From Lepidodermella squamata (lineage: Eukaryota > Animalia > Gastrotricha), in assembly GCA_047495785.1 (NCBI GenBank), contig JBLDXI010000029.1:1364001-1428000 (forward strand): 64,000 nt of DNA, given 5' to 3'. Made by a program: the position numbers and the translations under genes. The notes beneath the pieces were generated by a model. That model was given only the letters and a program-made list of their open reading frames with translations. It had not been told where the DNA came from and did no database searches. Shown here piece by piece: positions 1 through 11,865 of this stretch (positions within the stretch are counted from its first letter, which is position 1; every line of letters starts with the position of its first letter).

Positions 1-2637
1 GTTGTAGCCCAAAAGCTGACCAGCTTTCTCGACGATAATCGAGCACCATCGCGCGGTGTAGTACCTGATCGGAGTGATATTTGTTATCATATAAGACACA
101 CCAATTGCTCCATCAAGCAGTTCAAACAACAATTTCAGTTTCGCAAATATCACTGCCTTGTCAATTTTTCCACTGTCATTTTCGATAGCCTTAACGAGCC
201 ACACTGCCGCGTTGAGTTGGCAAAGGATATACTCAACTTGGTGATTGCATAGACTGATAAGGTCAATGTAGCTCAGGGCAACATCAATTGCGGTCCAGCG
301 TTGCTTGGCTAAATTTCGGCGTACGGCTTGTTCGAACTTCCTTATCGGCCTGACATGTGGCAGCAACTGCCGCAGCGATCGCCACTCTTTCTTCAACCCA
401 GGAGGTTGAACATCATCAGAATTTTTGAATAATTGAAGATGCTCCATTGCGAAGCCATATCGAAGCAGCTGTGCGCGAACTTTGAAGTTCATTAGCTGGG
501 CTATGCAAATTTCAGCCAACTTTTGGCCCTGCATTTCTAGTGGAGCAGACCAAAAAGCATCTTCAATCAAAGTAAGGCCTTCAGCCAAGTTTGCATCGTG
601 CGTTTTGACCTCGTTGGTTTTCAGGTGTAGAATTCCTTGTACGAGACTGAAGACCGGCTTTGATTTTATTTTTTGGAAATCGTCGTCTGCCTCTAACATT
701 TCGACAGCCGCTTTAAAGACATTTCGCTCGCAATTTATAGCTAGATTAGTGGCAACCTGAACGTAGCCCCTCGAACAGTGGGTTCTGAGCTCTGAGACTA
801 GTTGGTCGAACTGCTGCTCGCGTTTTATGGCACTCACCTGGCTTGTGAGAAAAATGTGGGCTTGTTCAACCATCTCGCTTAGCAAAGGAGAACTCGAGTC
901 CAGGAACCCGAAATTGTGAAGCGATTTGCGGACTCGCAGCAGGAACTCAACAGCGTCGATCGATTTATCATTTTCATTTGCCATGCTGAGCGCTAGTCGT
1001 CCAGCGAGAATAAATGACTCTAGCTTGTTCCGTAATTCCGACCCACGCGGGCCAAACTTGTGCTGCAGTTTGCGGGCGAATCGTGTTCGGCTTTCGGCTG
1101 AACCTCCTAACTTTGCTATTTCAAATAGCCGAGCAGGATTTACAGCCACCCCTGAGAGCGATGTGTAAACTGCTAAGCAGCGCACAGCTGCAGCGGCATT
1201 TTTCAGCTCCATCATCCTCTCCGCGAGAGCAGCCCAAGTCGCAGGCTCCTTTTCCTTTCTGAACGTTACGATTTTGTTGACGCACGATTTGCACATGGGA
1301 TCGGCTTGTCCTGGGTCGTCCGTCAAGAGATAAGACGAGCAACAGCTCCATTGCGAACACGCATAGCAAGCTGAAATACAGCCGTAGCAGACCTCCTGTT
1401 TACCACAGCCGATACACTTTGGCACGAAACCAGGGCAATAAGGTTTTTTGCATTTTCTACAGGTCTTCAGGCAGCTTTCGCACGTAATCTTCTGACACCG
1501 CGAACAGTTCGTTGAGCTGCAAGAGGATTGCCCTAATCCAAATGAGGTGAAAAGACAAAGTTCTTTACGGCACGTGCCACATTCAGTTATGCAATTGCTA
1601 CAGTAACTGAGCCGACAAGTTGTGCAGCTCTCCTTGAAGACATTGCATGAAGTGCAGAAGGCTGACTTGCAGCTGTAGCAGACACGCAGGCATTTAGTCC
1701 TGCAAATGCATCCGCCACATTGTTGGCATGTTGTGAACGAGTCGCTGGTATCGGTATCGAACAGCTGTGAGATGAACGACGGGGTCTCTGCGCAAATTTT
1801 GCATTTAACTTGATCAGATTTTCTAAAACCGTGATGTTTAGGCGGATTGTTGACAATCGGTTTCGACGGCCGTTGTTGACGGCTGGTTGATGCAGGCTCC
1901 GGACTGCTCGGATTGTTGACATTTCCCGGATTTTCTAGGTACACCCTCCTGCCATTTGCGAGCTCTTTCTCAAGAATGGACTGGTCCAGTTGGAAGAAAT
2001 CCGTGAGCTCCTGGTTTTTGGAAGCTACCAACTGTTTCATAATGTGAAATCTACCGATTTGAATCGCTTCGCCTGGTCTCGTTCGCCGCGGATTCCCAGG
2101 CTTCTGCGGCCCATCCAGTTTCTTGAGGAGCTCGAGCATCGCTGTGACTACAGCATCCTGCTGATTGCCACTCAAAGGCTCGGGGATTACGAGCTGTCGG
2201 GTTGAAGGTTTGGCAAGCTGACGGGAAAAACGGTCGAATTCGCTGGAAAACGACAACTGAGCGTAACTCGGCTTTCGAGCTGCCCTCGCCCATCTGCCTT
2301 GCCACATAGCCAACTTTGCGCGGTACTTTTCAGACAGCGCGCGACCTCTTGGCAGAGCAGCCGCTCCTGAGATTGGTTCGTCGTCGTCTAAATGATCTTC
2401 CTCGCCGCTGCTCTCCTGGGCTAAGGCTTCCTCTCGTTTTCCAGGGTCGGTGACGCGTTTATAGGCGTTGTTCAGTTCTGCCATCTGCGCCGTCACTATG
2501 TGCTCCCTCCCGAGGTTTCGATCTGGATGCAGCTCGCGAGCCCTTCTCCGAAAGGCCTGCCGTATTTCATCGGCCGTAGCTTGCCGAGATATACCGAGAA
2601 TTGAAAATGGGTCTTGGAAAGGTCGTGATGAGGCCAT
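1..2637 (-). CDS. DnaJ (J-domain) protein with long CxxC-repeat region and helical C-terminal part; 3'-truncated by window edge
   Basis: Hand translation from ATG 2637 is open to position 1 (879 codons, no stop, hence missing from the ORF track). N-terminus MASSRPFQDPFSILGISRQATADEIRQAFRRRARELHPDRN...MAELNNAYKRVTDP is a J-domain with HPD. 14 CxxC motifs lie at 1282-1803. Confidence 0.9.
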   Translation of the reverse strand, partial: MASSRPFQDPFSILGISRQATADEIRQAFRRRARELHPDRNLGREHIVTAQMAELNNAYKRVTDPGKREEALAQESSGEEDHLDDDEPISGAAALPRGRALSEKYRAKLAMWQGRWARAARKPSYAQLSFSSEFDRFSRQLAKPSTRQLVIPEPLSGNQQDAVVTAMLELLKKLDGPQKPGNPRRTRPGEAIQIGRFHIMKQLVASKNQELTDFFQLDQSILEKELANGRRVYLENPGNVNNPSSPEPASTSRQQRPSKPIVNNPPKHHGFRKSDQVKCKICAETPSFISQLFDTDTSDSFTTCQQCGGCICRTKCLRVCYSCKSAFCTSCNVFKESCTTCRLSYCSNCITECGTCRKELCLFTSFGLGQSSCSSTNCSRCQKITCESCLKTCRKCKKPYCPGFVPKCIGCGKQEVCYGCISACYACSQWSCCSSYLLTDDPGQADPMCKSCVNKIVTFRKEKEPATWAALAERMMELKNAAAAVRCLAVYTSLSGVAVNPARLFEIAKLGGSAESRTRFARKLQHKFGPRGSELRNKLESFILAGRLALSMANENDKSIDAVEFLLRVRKSLHNFGFLDSSSPLLSEMVEQAHIFLTSQVSAIKREQQFDQLVSELRTHCSRGYVQVATNLAINCERNVFKAAVEMLEADDDFQKIKSKPVFSLVQGILHLKTNEVKTHDANLAEGLTLIEDAFWSAPLEMQGQKLAEICIAQLMNFKVRAQLLRYGFAMEHLQLFKNSDDVQPPGLKKEWRSLRQLLPHVRPIRKFEQAVRRNLAKQRWTAIDVALSYIDLISLCNHQVEYILCQLNAAVWLVKAIENDSGKIDKAVIFAKLKLLFELLDGAIGVSYMITNITPIRYYTARWCSIIVEKAGQLLGYN

Positions 2638-4021
2638 TTAATAAAAAATTTCCTTCTCTTACTACATTAATATTATATCAAACTAACAAAAGACAACACG
2701 CGACGAGATTTTTGAGGCGTTTATTATAATCTCTCTTCATAATCTCTTTCGATGGAATTTTGTTTAGTTTCTGCGAGGGCGTGAGGCAATAAAACTTTCT
2801 CTTTCGGCCTTTTTGCAGTTTGATATCTTTCAAGCATATTGGTCAAAGACCTCGTTTTTACGCCAAGATAAAGAACTGAAAATAGCTGTTATCCATATTA
2901 ACATGGAAGTTAGTGGAGAAGATAACATCGTGGCTGCTATTCAATTTGCAAGATGAATAATCAATCCTTTTTTCAGTGATCCTACTACATACTAAATTTC
3001 TAAGTGCGATGACGTTTCGCTTATTTAAAAGTTACCACGATGAGATGTCAGATGTAGGATGCCGCTTATATCTCTGGATGAAAAAAATTTGTTTTTTTTT
3101 ATTAAAATAGCCTGTCGTCTTCTCTCACCATAGCTTAGGCAAGGCACCCAACTGAATCTCAAATGCAAAAATTGGCTCGGCGTAGAAAGATAAGAAAGAC
3201 TGAGAATAATTTTCCTTATCTTGAATTTCATAATAGCGGATGATCCATGCTAAATTTACCTTAACATTACACAAGGCTGAGCGAAACTAAAGACTAAAGA
3301 GGGCAAAGAGGTCATGCTATGCAAATGAGCGCCCGAAATAACCTACTAATAGTCCAAAGCTGGGAATACACGTTTGATTTTGCTAGAAGAATTTCAAAAT
3401 GTGCATGAAAAATCCGTATCACATTGCAGATGTTTGCAGCAACAGTCGAAATTTAACCTTTGAAATGCATGTTTATGTCGAAGGTAACCTTTCGCCGTGG
3501 TGTTGCATCACCGACACGGATTTCTGATGGATTTCTGGTCACGTGGACACTTCTGAAGCTAGAACGATCTAACGAACTGCCCATAGTGAATTTTATTCGA
3601 GCTGTTATTGCAAAAAGGGCGGCACGCAACCACTTTTACGCTCATTAATAATTGTAATTAACTTCAAAAATAAAAAAGCCACAGGTAAATCTTCCGAAAA
3701 TTTTAAAATCTAATGACACCAGGTACTCTTTGTGGTCCCTTATGGTTAATTTTCTAAAATTCGCCAAAAAGGTTATTCTTATTCTTATTCTTATTATTTG
3801 GTTATTCTGGGCAGAACTGCCATTCTGGCTCGTCTGCTAATTTTTTGAAAAATTTGAAAAAAGTAGTTTATCCATATTAAGAATTTTCTCTATCCGGCAT
3901 TTTTTTTCCCATCATTTTATTTTTCTTATCAAAAACGGAAGACAGAGACGGAAATTGGAAAATCACTCATTTTTGTTCGAAAAAATGGAGATTTCAGTAA
4001 AATTAATGTACAGCATGTGCG

Positions 4022-4903
4022 TTATTTTCCGCCCAGCGTTTGCTTATCGAACAAATACTCGCCCAGACCCGGTCCGACACGTTTCAGCACGGCGACGTAT
4101 TCAGCAAATTCTTTGATAAGGTCAACCTGCTTGCCGAGATACTCGTTTTTAATGACGTACTCGAGCTCAGGATCGCCATGTCGAGACGCCACGCCGTGAA
4201 TATCCAGTAGCGATTCGTTGACGCCTCGAGCGAGTTGCAGCGACTTTTCCATCGCCTTCAGGCCCGATCCCCAGTCGTCCGAGTCCGGCTTTTCGATGGC
4301 CTGCAGAACCACCCGGCCGCCGCGTTGATTCTGGTACTTGATCAGCTTTTTCGCGTCTTCGTAATCATCGTCGGCTAATTTTCGGAAGTATTTGCTGAAA
4401 CCGGGAAGATGGACATCATCCCGGTCGAAATAGCCAGACTGAAAAATTTGAATCCAGAAAAATTCAGTAAAATTCATGGAAAAAATGCGCGTATCAGAAT
4501 AATGTCCGAAATGAGGGCAGAACTATCCGAATTTTTTTAATAATCATTCGAGAGCGCTCCAGCTATAGGTCCTCGAAATTCAAAAATATGATGTTGAGTG
4601 ATTTTTCTAAAGAAAAAAACCGACATTAAAAGAAAATTCGTGTAGGTATTTTAATCACGTCGATTTTTTAATTCCAATTCTTAAATTTAATGAAAATTTT
4701 GAAAATTAAAAAAGGAAAAATTCTCTGAAATTTTATAAATTAAAATCCAAATTTTTTGAAAAGAAATTGAAACAAATTAATTCAAGGGAAAATCAAACCA
4801 TGGACAGGTACATGTAGGACGCGCGAAGTTCTTGGTTGATCTGCCGATTAATCGACGCCTCAGCCTCGAGGTGATAATTCTGCCGTGGCAGGGTCATCGC
4901 CAT
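4022..4903 (-). CDS. Ferritin subunit, atypical (degenerate ferroxidase centre); 2 exons 4903-4799, 4438-4022
   Basis: [35 protein letters not shown]|[14 protein letters not shown]...QNQRGGRV...GLGEYLFDK; GT..TTTTCAG intron joins the two ORF-track fragments in frame. Confidence 0.93.
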
Positions 4904-5102
4904 TTTCTTCTCTTGAGTTATCAACAAAAATTCAGAAAATAAAAATTGTTTCACTGTGATAATTTCAATTTTGCAGCAAAAATGACAACTTTTTACGTGC
5001 AAATAATTCTCGCGTTTTATTGCGCAATCAAAATCACATTCATATCAGTTGCGTAACATCAGGTCACGCTCTAGTGAATTTTTCGTCCATAATAATTGTT
5101 GT

Positions 5103-5624
5103 TTACGACGAAAGGGTCTCGCGGTCGAACTGGTACTCGCCGAGGCCTGGTCCGAGGCGTTTTAGGATCGAAATGTAGTCCGACAGCTGTTTAATCGACT
5201 CGACCTGATCCTCAAGGTACTCACCCTCAATAAAATCGCACAGCTGCGGGTCAGCGTGGCGGTCGGCAATAGCGTGCAATTCCAACAGCGACTGGTTGAC
5301 CTTCTTCTCGAGCGCCAGGGCAGCTTCCATCGCGTTCAAACCCGTGCCCCATTCGTCCTGTTCCGGCTTGGCAATCGGCTGTAGAACAATACGACCGCCT
5401 CGCTTGTTCTGGTACTTCATCAACTTTTCGGCGTGTTCACGCTCTTCGTCGCTTTGCTTCTTGAAAAAAGCGTGGAAGCCGGGCAGGGCGAGGTCGTCAC
5501 GGTCGAAGTGGAAGGCGATCGACTGGTAGACGTACGAGGCATGCAGTTCCATGTTGATCTGGCGGTTGATGGCCGCCTCGGATTCGGCGTGGTAGTTTTG
5601 ACGCGGCAGAGTTGCAGCTGACAT
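5103..5624 (-). CDS. FTH: Ferritin, H-type/soma ferritin, intronless
   Basis: [31 protein letters not shown]...[22 protein letters not shown]...[11 protein letters not shown]...DQVESIK; all canonical ferroxidase residues present. Confidence 0.96.
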   Translation of the reverse strand: MSAATLPRQNYHAESEAAINRQINMELHASYVYQSIAFHFDRDDLALPGFHAFFKKQSDEEREHAEKLMKYQNKRGGRIVLQPIAKPEQDEWGTGLNAMEAALALEKKVNQSLLELHAIADRHADPQLCDFIEGEYLEDQVESIKQLSDYISILKRLGPGLGEYQFDRETLSS

Positions 5625-6347
5625 TTTTTGTCGGATTTCAGACAGAAACTGGTTGTTTTGATAGGGCGATATTTGAGGACTGTGAAAGCTCATGCCAATT
5701 GGTGCTAGTTATAAGGTCGTGAGATAGAACAGGGCGTTGCCATTGATAAGACCTGTTCAAAGTACCATCCTTATCTCGGAGTCTTCTTTTACGTTCAATT
5801 TAAAGAAAAATAATTAAAAAATTCAAATTTATTCGTTAAAATCGAGAGTTTTCTGAAAATAATTGTATCTCATGTTCACGTTCAATTAAATCTTTTTAAT
5901 AATTTGAAAAATGAGAATTTTGACCCAAAAGGGAGTATTTGGATGACCTCCAATTAATTAGGTCACGTGACACCATTTAAGATAAGACGTGACAAAAAGC
6001 AGTACAAAAAAGGTCGATGAGTTTGGAGTCAGTCGTCTGCGCGCCTTATCAGTGATGCGTGACGTCGCATTTTTTACAGGAGAGGTAAGAAGCTTTTTTC
6101 GAAAAAAATGACCCGAAATAAAATTGGACATTAATCGCTTGTATTTTCCAGATTGTTCTGGAATAAAACTAGGGTTATCCGAAAAAATGCGTTGGGTAAA
6201 TATTTGCTAAAGTATTTTTTTCAAAAATTTGATTGAATTTTATTTATAATGACGGCGTTAGTCTGGGTAAATATCTATAAATCATAAAAAAAAATTCGAT
6301 CGTTGGTTAAATTTTCTTCAACTTTCCAACAAATATTCAAGTCGAAA

Positions 6348-6842
6348 ATGAAATTTCTAAATTTTGTTTTCACTTCGGCTGTTTTGATGCTGATTTTAAG
6401 CTATAAAGTTTCAGCCTTCAGCAAATTTAACGGCGCCGGTGATTTGAGTGCTGCTGTCGAAGACGAACCGTCAGCGTTTAATGGCGATACCGATGAGAAA
6501 AGATCATCTGCCGAGGAAGAAATGTCGGCGAAATTCGAGCGTAAAATCGAGCAGTTGATTGCGGCGCACAAAGAAGCCGAACGCGCGAAACAGCGAGGCA
6601 TGAAACAATTCAAGAATTACATGTTCGGCAAGGTGAATCGACTTCAAAGACTGCGAATTTTTCCATAATTCGATGACAGAGAAGGGACATTTTTTATTAT
6701 AAAATGTACTCGATTGTCGTCCATTATTTCAACTTTAATATTTTTAATCATTTTAAAATATTAATTGCGAATAAAATTTCCATGTTAAAAATAAATTATA
6801 TTTCTCTGATTTTTCTTTAATTATTTTCAGGACCATTATTGA
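6348..6842 (+). CDS. Secreted prepropeptide (family A, copy 1)
   Basis: Signal peptide MKFLNFVFTSAVLMLILSYKVSA, acidic spacer, KR site, helical C-terminus. Probable intron AAG|GTGAAT...TTTTCAG|GACCATTATTGA gives ...MFGKDHY*; the unspliced alternative ends at 6668. Confidence 0.7.
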
Positions 6843-7516
6843 ACCAGTTTTTGATTATTTTGATCGATAAGGATGAACCACCAAGCGCGCCTTCAGTATA
6901 GAATTGAGCGATAATAAATTGAGATAGAAAGGCGAACTCGAAACTCAATAAACAATAATTTTGTCAAATTTAGCGTCGGAAGTCTGAAGTCAGGGTGCAC
7001 ACCCAGAAGAATGGTTATACGTGATTTTATATGCGGCGGTCCAATTTTTTATTGCAAAATGTTGGCAATATTATTAATGTGTCACCGCCCACGCCGCAGA
7101 CACTAAAACGGGGGCCGTATTTTTTATAGTAAAATTTTTCATATAAAAATATTTTCAACTACCAGCTTCGTCTCAAATTATTGTCAGATTTAAGGCCTAA
7201 ATATTTCCTTGATAGCTGCTGTGTATATTAGATTCCGGGAGAGATAAACACATTTCCGCCGCCCCTGTAATGACGTTGAAATCACCTTCATCACCTGAAT
7301 TATTCATAAAAAATGAAACGTAATATACCTACCAATCACTTGCTTTCCTGTCACATTTCCTTTTAAGCCGGAGAAATAATTTTTTTCAACAAGAATTTCC
7401 TTCCAAGTTCGCTTCAAAATCGACGAAACATCGCCGTAATTTTTTGAAATATTTCGAATTTTTAGATTTTTTTTTAAACTAATTGCCTTACCCCAGGTTA
7501 ATCCTTTCAGTGAAGA

Positions 7517-7795
7517 ATGTCGAATATCAATCTAGTAAATACTTTGTCCCTGTTTTTCGCTCTATCCTTCATCACTTCTGTGGTGGCTAAATTCGACTAC
7601 GCCGGCGACGTCGACACGATGCTGCTCGATGAGGGTGCAGCCGGGCGGAACGGCCTCGAGGGCGATACGGATGCGTGGTATTTCGGCGGTGACAAGGCCG
7701 CGCTGAACGACCGCATCGAGCGACTGGCGGCCCGGCGCGACACTGGCATGTCAAAATTGCTGCTGAAATTAATGAAGAAAAAAATGCGCCAATAA
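7517..7795 (+). CDS. Secreted prepropeptide (family A, copy 2)
   Basis: Signal peptide, then KFDYAGD..DE..GDTD..RIERLAARRDTGMSKLLLKLMKKKMRQ, aligning with copy 1 (KFNGAGD..DE..GDTD..KIEQLIAA..GMKQF). GC-rich coding island in AT-rich surroundings. Confidence 0.75.
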   Translation: MSNINLVNTLSLFFALSFITSVVAKFDYAGDVDTMLLDEGAAGRNGLEGDTDAWYFGGDKAALNDRIERLAARRDTGMSKLLLKLMKKKMRQ

Positions 7796-8290
7796 TAATA
7801 CAACATTGTTTTTGATCTAGTTTTACACCATATAGAATTTTCTTGATATTTTATCATTGTTTAATGCGTTATTATTGTTAAAACTTCTGTGAGAAGAATA
7901 GAAAAACCCAATCGTAAATGAAAGACGACCTTTATTGAATTTTTTGCGTGATTTTTTGAATACCTATACTTGACACCCAGCATTGGAGTGAAATATATGC
8001 TGCTGACGCGAAACGATTCAGACCATTTTTCAGCAGCAACCTTGACCTTAAAATTTTACGCACCTTGCAGAAGAAAAGCCATAATTATTTACTACCCGTA
8101 TTAGGAAAATCGAGCGGTGACCTACAAAAAGATTCTTTGAAGATATTTTTTTAAACATTTGATAATTGAAAGATTAAGGCGGTTTCCAAGCGAGGCCAAA
8201 AGTGACAACATTGCCGTCAATTTGCGCGGAATTTGGCCATTGAAACTTTCCGTTGCACCTTCTTTGCTTTACGTTTCTTTTATTTTCCTA

Positions 8291-8538
8291 CTTTTAGCGG
8301 AACCAAAGTTGACGGTGGCGGAACCACATTTTGGAATTTCCAATGGGCCTAAAATAACCTCTTCTCGAAACCTTCAAGGACGATGTGATTGATCGCGGCA
8401 TAATTTAAAATTAATCATCATTAAATGCAGCCCATTATAATTTAGGCATCGCCTTAATTTTCAAGAAATATTCGAAAAGCGACTTTTTGCTTATCTAAAA
8501 TTAGGTTGCGCAACAGCCGAATTTGGTTCCGCTAAAAG
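8291..8538. repeat. Possible small MITE with 17-bp terminal inverted repeats
   Basis: CTTTTAGCGGAACCAAA at 8291 and its reverse complement TTTGGTTCCGCTAAAAG ending at 8538; no clean TSD. Confidence 0.45.
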
Positions 8539-9470
8539 ATATTCTGTTTATTTTCATGCGATTTCTTTCAGAATTCCCAGCATTTTATGATTTTTCTTAC
8601 ATTCTCTCCGATTTTTGTATCCAGAAGGTAAGTAGGCCGACAGGTCAAATCAGTTTGGGAAGAATTTTACGTCTGTACGAAGCAAAATTGTAATATCCTG
8701 CTGCGCGAATTACGGCCGAATTTGGCTCATTTGTGTCTCGTTTAGATCGCAAATGGCCTCTATGATTCATACGCAATTTTTTGCCCCAAAATGACGGTGA
8801 CGAACACTTGGGTATTATTTTGCTATACGACACTCGAGTCACGCAGTCCAGAAACGTGACTGCAACATGCCAATTTTATTACGAGACGTATTAGCCACCA
8901 CTCGGTCGAGAAATTTACGACACAGCTGAAAAAAAACAGATAGATTTGCAGTATTTTCCTCATTATTACCGAAATTTCAGACTTGAACCGTTTACATCAA
9001 CTCCGGAACCTCTGTTTTCAATTTTCAAGAATCTTATCTTTTATCTCGGGTGACTTGAAATTATTCTCGCAATCGGCTCTCACTATCATCAATTGACTCG
9101 CGCGTAACAGCAACAATATCCGGCCGCGTAATAACCAGCCGCGGAGTAGATGTAACAAGACAAGGCCGCTTTTGATGTTATCGCGCGGCGCACACGTGCG
9201 CATGGCAACGCCACATGTGCGCCCACGTCCGGCTGTTGAGGATTAAATTTCCGCCGCGCCCTCTGCGTTTAAACCAGCACGCATTGCGGCACAACATGTC
9301 TTGCGAACAGGTTCTTTTTAGTGCGCTATTTCGATATCGCAATCTGTAATAATTGGAGCAGCTAACTAATCATATTTGCGTCAAGATTCTTGGCATTGAT
9401 ACTCTTGATTGGCATTGTTAAACTCCATTTTTTATCCATTTTTTCTAGCTCGTTTCGAATTAGATTTATC

Positions 9471-10683
9471 ATGAAATTCGAAATTTTGATCATTTTTCTC
9501 GTCGGATTAATCGACTGTTCAATCGCCCTTAAATGGCGAGACTGTGGTATGTCAGAATTATTTAATTTACAAAATTGCCATGCTTATTCAATTTTGAGAT
9601 TATTGAGTTCAAATCTTGACTCCCGTGATTTAAAAAAAATTATTGAAAATTCTAAAAAATTCTCAAAGAAATACTTTTTTTTAAAATTAAAAATGTGACG
9701 AGTCGAAAATTAATAAAATTTGAAAAAAATCAATTTGTTTTCAGGCTCCAAAAATGGCAAAATTGTTGCCATCACGATTCCAGGCTGTGAAAATGCGGAT
9801 AGATGCCCACTGAAGCACAAAACGAACCAATCGGTCGGCATCACATTCACGCCTTGTAAGTTTAAAATTTCCCAAAAAATCTGCCCAAATTATTGACAAT
9901 GTTCCGTGGTAAATAGCTATCGGAATCTCAGCGCTGACAGCCAAGGTGTACGGCCAACTCGGCCCGGTTTCGGTGCCGTTCCCGCTTCCGAACCCAGACG
10001 CGTGTAAATCGAGCAATTTAACGTGCCCACTAACAGCTGGAACTCAATACACATACGCCGCCTTGCTCTACGTCGACCCTTCTTATCCTTCGGTAAAATT
10101 TAATTTTTTTTTTATTTTTAAAAAGCTTGGATTTTCAAAAATTCTTAGTTTATTGATTCGAATTTTTTTGCTATTTCTCACGTTTCGGTTTGGCGACATT
10201 TGAGCCAGACGTTTCCGCCGATAAACGCTAAGCCATTTTTATAGGTAAAAATTCTAAAAAATTTACCAAAAAATACCAGAAACTTCTCAAATCAATTTAA
10301 AAAAATCAGGATGTTGACATTTCCATGCTATTATTAGATTGCACTCGGAAACCTATATAGCTATAATTAATTCAAATTATTCTATCCTGAAAAAACGTTG
10401 CACTTACATCGAGTCTGAACTGAAAGGTTCAGCCTGTTTACTAAAAGTATCACCCTATTATTCACCCCATATCCGATTTGTAATTTGATCTTGTAAACAA
10501 CTCTAGTTTTTTTTGCGTTTTTTTCAGATTGATGTGGTCGTGAAATGGGAACTCGTAGATCAAACCGGTGTTAATACGGCTTGCTTCAGCGTGCCCGTTA
10601 AAATAATCAGCGGCAGCAACAGCCGGCAACAGCGACTCGGGCAGCAGGCTCATGAAATCACGTTTCAAGACATCAACGCATGA
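9471..10683 (+). CDS. NPC2: NPC2/ML-domain lipid-binding protein, copy 1; exons 9471-9546, 9745-9855, 9917-10092, 10528-10683
   Basis: Signal peptide, WRDCGS..IPGCENADRCPLK..VPFPLPNPDACK..LTCPL..YPSIDVVVKWELVDQ..CF; six-Cys ML pattern; all introns GT-AG and in frame. Confidence 0.92.
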
Positions 10684-11110
10684 TGGCAATTATCTGGACC
10701 AATAATATTCCCGATCACACGAATCAAATTCCAGCTTTAAGCCAGATCTTCCAAGAATTTTATTCATAAAACTGGTTAATCAATAGGAAAAATCTCGAAA
10801 ATCGCGGTTCTTGTTTCGATTTTGTGAAATAAAAATAAAAATTGAGAAAAGACTAAAGAATTTTATATCTAGGTGATATTTCATGTCTCGGGCATCGTAA
10901 AGGAGAATTTTTCACCGGCATTGTTGCGAGATAAGAAAAGCCGGAAACGCAAACAACAAGGGTATAGTGGAGCCATAACCAAGGACAAACGACACTGTTA
11001 TCTATATCATTCTTTCGAGTGCTTTCCATCACGCCACCAGGCTTTATATTAGCTCGACGATAGTTGACCCCTATTAACCAATATTTTCGCGCATTTTTTT
11101 CACTAAAAAA

Positions 11111-11865
11111 ATGAAACAAATTCTGTCTGGATTGTTCGTTGTTCTGGCGATTGTTTCGGCCAGCCAGGCCCTTCAGTACCGAGACTGCGGTTCGGTGACT
11201 GGCAAAATTGTTAGCATTGCCATTCCTGGCTGCGAAAATACCAACAGGTGCCCGCTGCCTAAAGGAACAAACGCCTCTGTTACGGTCACCTTCCAAACTC
11301 GTGAGTCGAATTTTAAATTTTTTAAATGACCTGTAAATCATTTTTGGGAATAATCCAAAATTTTATGAGAGCGAATTTTGATAATTTGATTTTTTTTAAT
11401 TTTATGGTGAACAAAATTCGGAGTTTTTTCAATTTTTAATGTAAATTTTTGAAAATTCTCAGAATATCCTAGGGAAATAAACTTAAATAAGATTAGATTA
11501 TTCAATTATTTTTTTATTTTTTTTTCAATTTTTCAGAGACTCAGCAAATCACGACTTTGACAGCCAAGGTGTACGGCATCCTCGGCTTCGTCAACACGTC
11601 ATTCCCGCTGCCGAACCCTGACGGGTGCAAGGGCGCCAATTTGACGTGCCCCCTCAAGCCGAGCACGCAGTTCGTGTACAGCAGCGCCGTCTACGTCGAC
11701 CCAATTTACCCGAACGTTCAAGTCACCGTGCAGTGGGAACTCTTCGATCAGACCAACCAACGTGTGTTCTGCTTCCTCGTCCCCTGCCAGGTTACTGATA
11801 AAACGGTTCAACGCCGCATGAAGCCACAGGACAACCAAGTGCTAATCAGCTCGTTCAATAATTGA
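11111..11865 (+). CDS. NPC2: NPC2/ML-domain lipid-binding protein, copy 2; exons 11111-11300, 11537-11865
   Basis: YRDCGS..PGCENTNRCPL..FPLPNPDGCK..TCPL..YPNVQVTVQWELFDQ..CF; tandem paralog of copy 1. Confidence 0.93.

Noticed and set aside
482-2305. Several short ORF-track entries in 482-2305
   Set aside because: Antisense or off-frame shadows of the long J-domain ORF.
4904-5720. Iron-responsive elements in the ferritin 5' regions (a CAGTGA occurs upstream of the atypical copy)
   Set aside because: The flanks (TATCA / AACAA) do not form the 5-bp upper stem, and there is no CAGUG loop upstream of the canonical copy.
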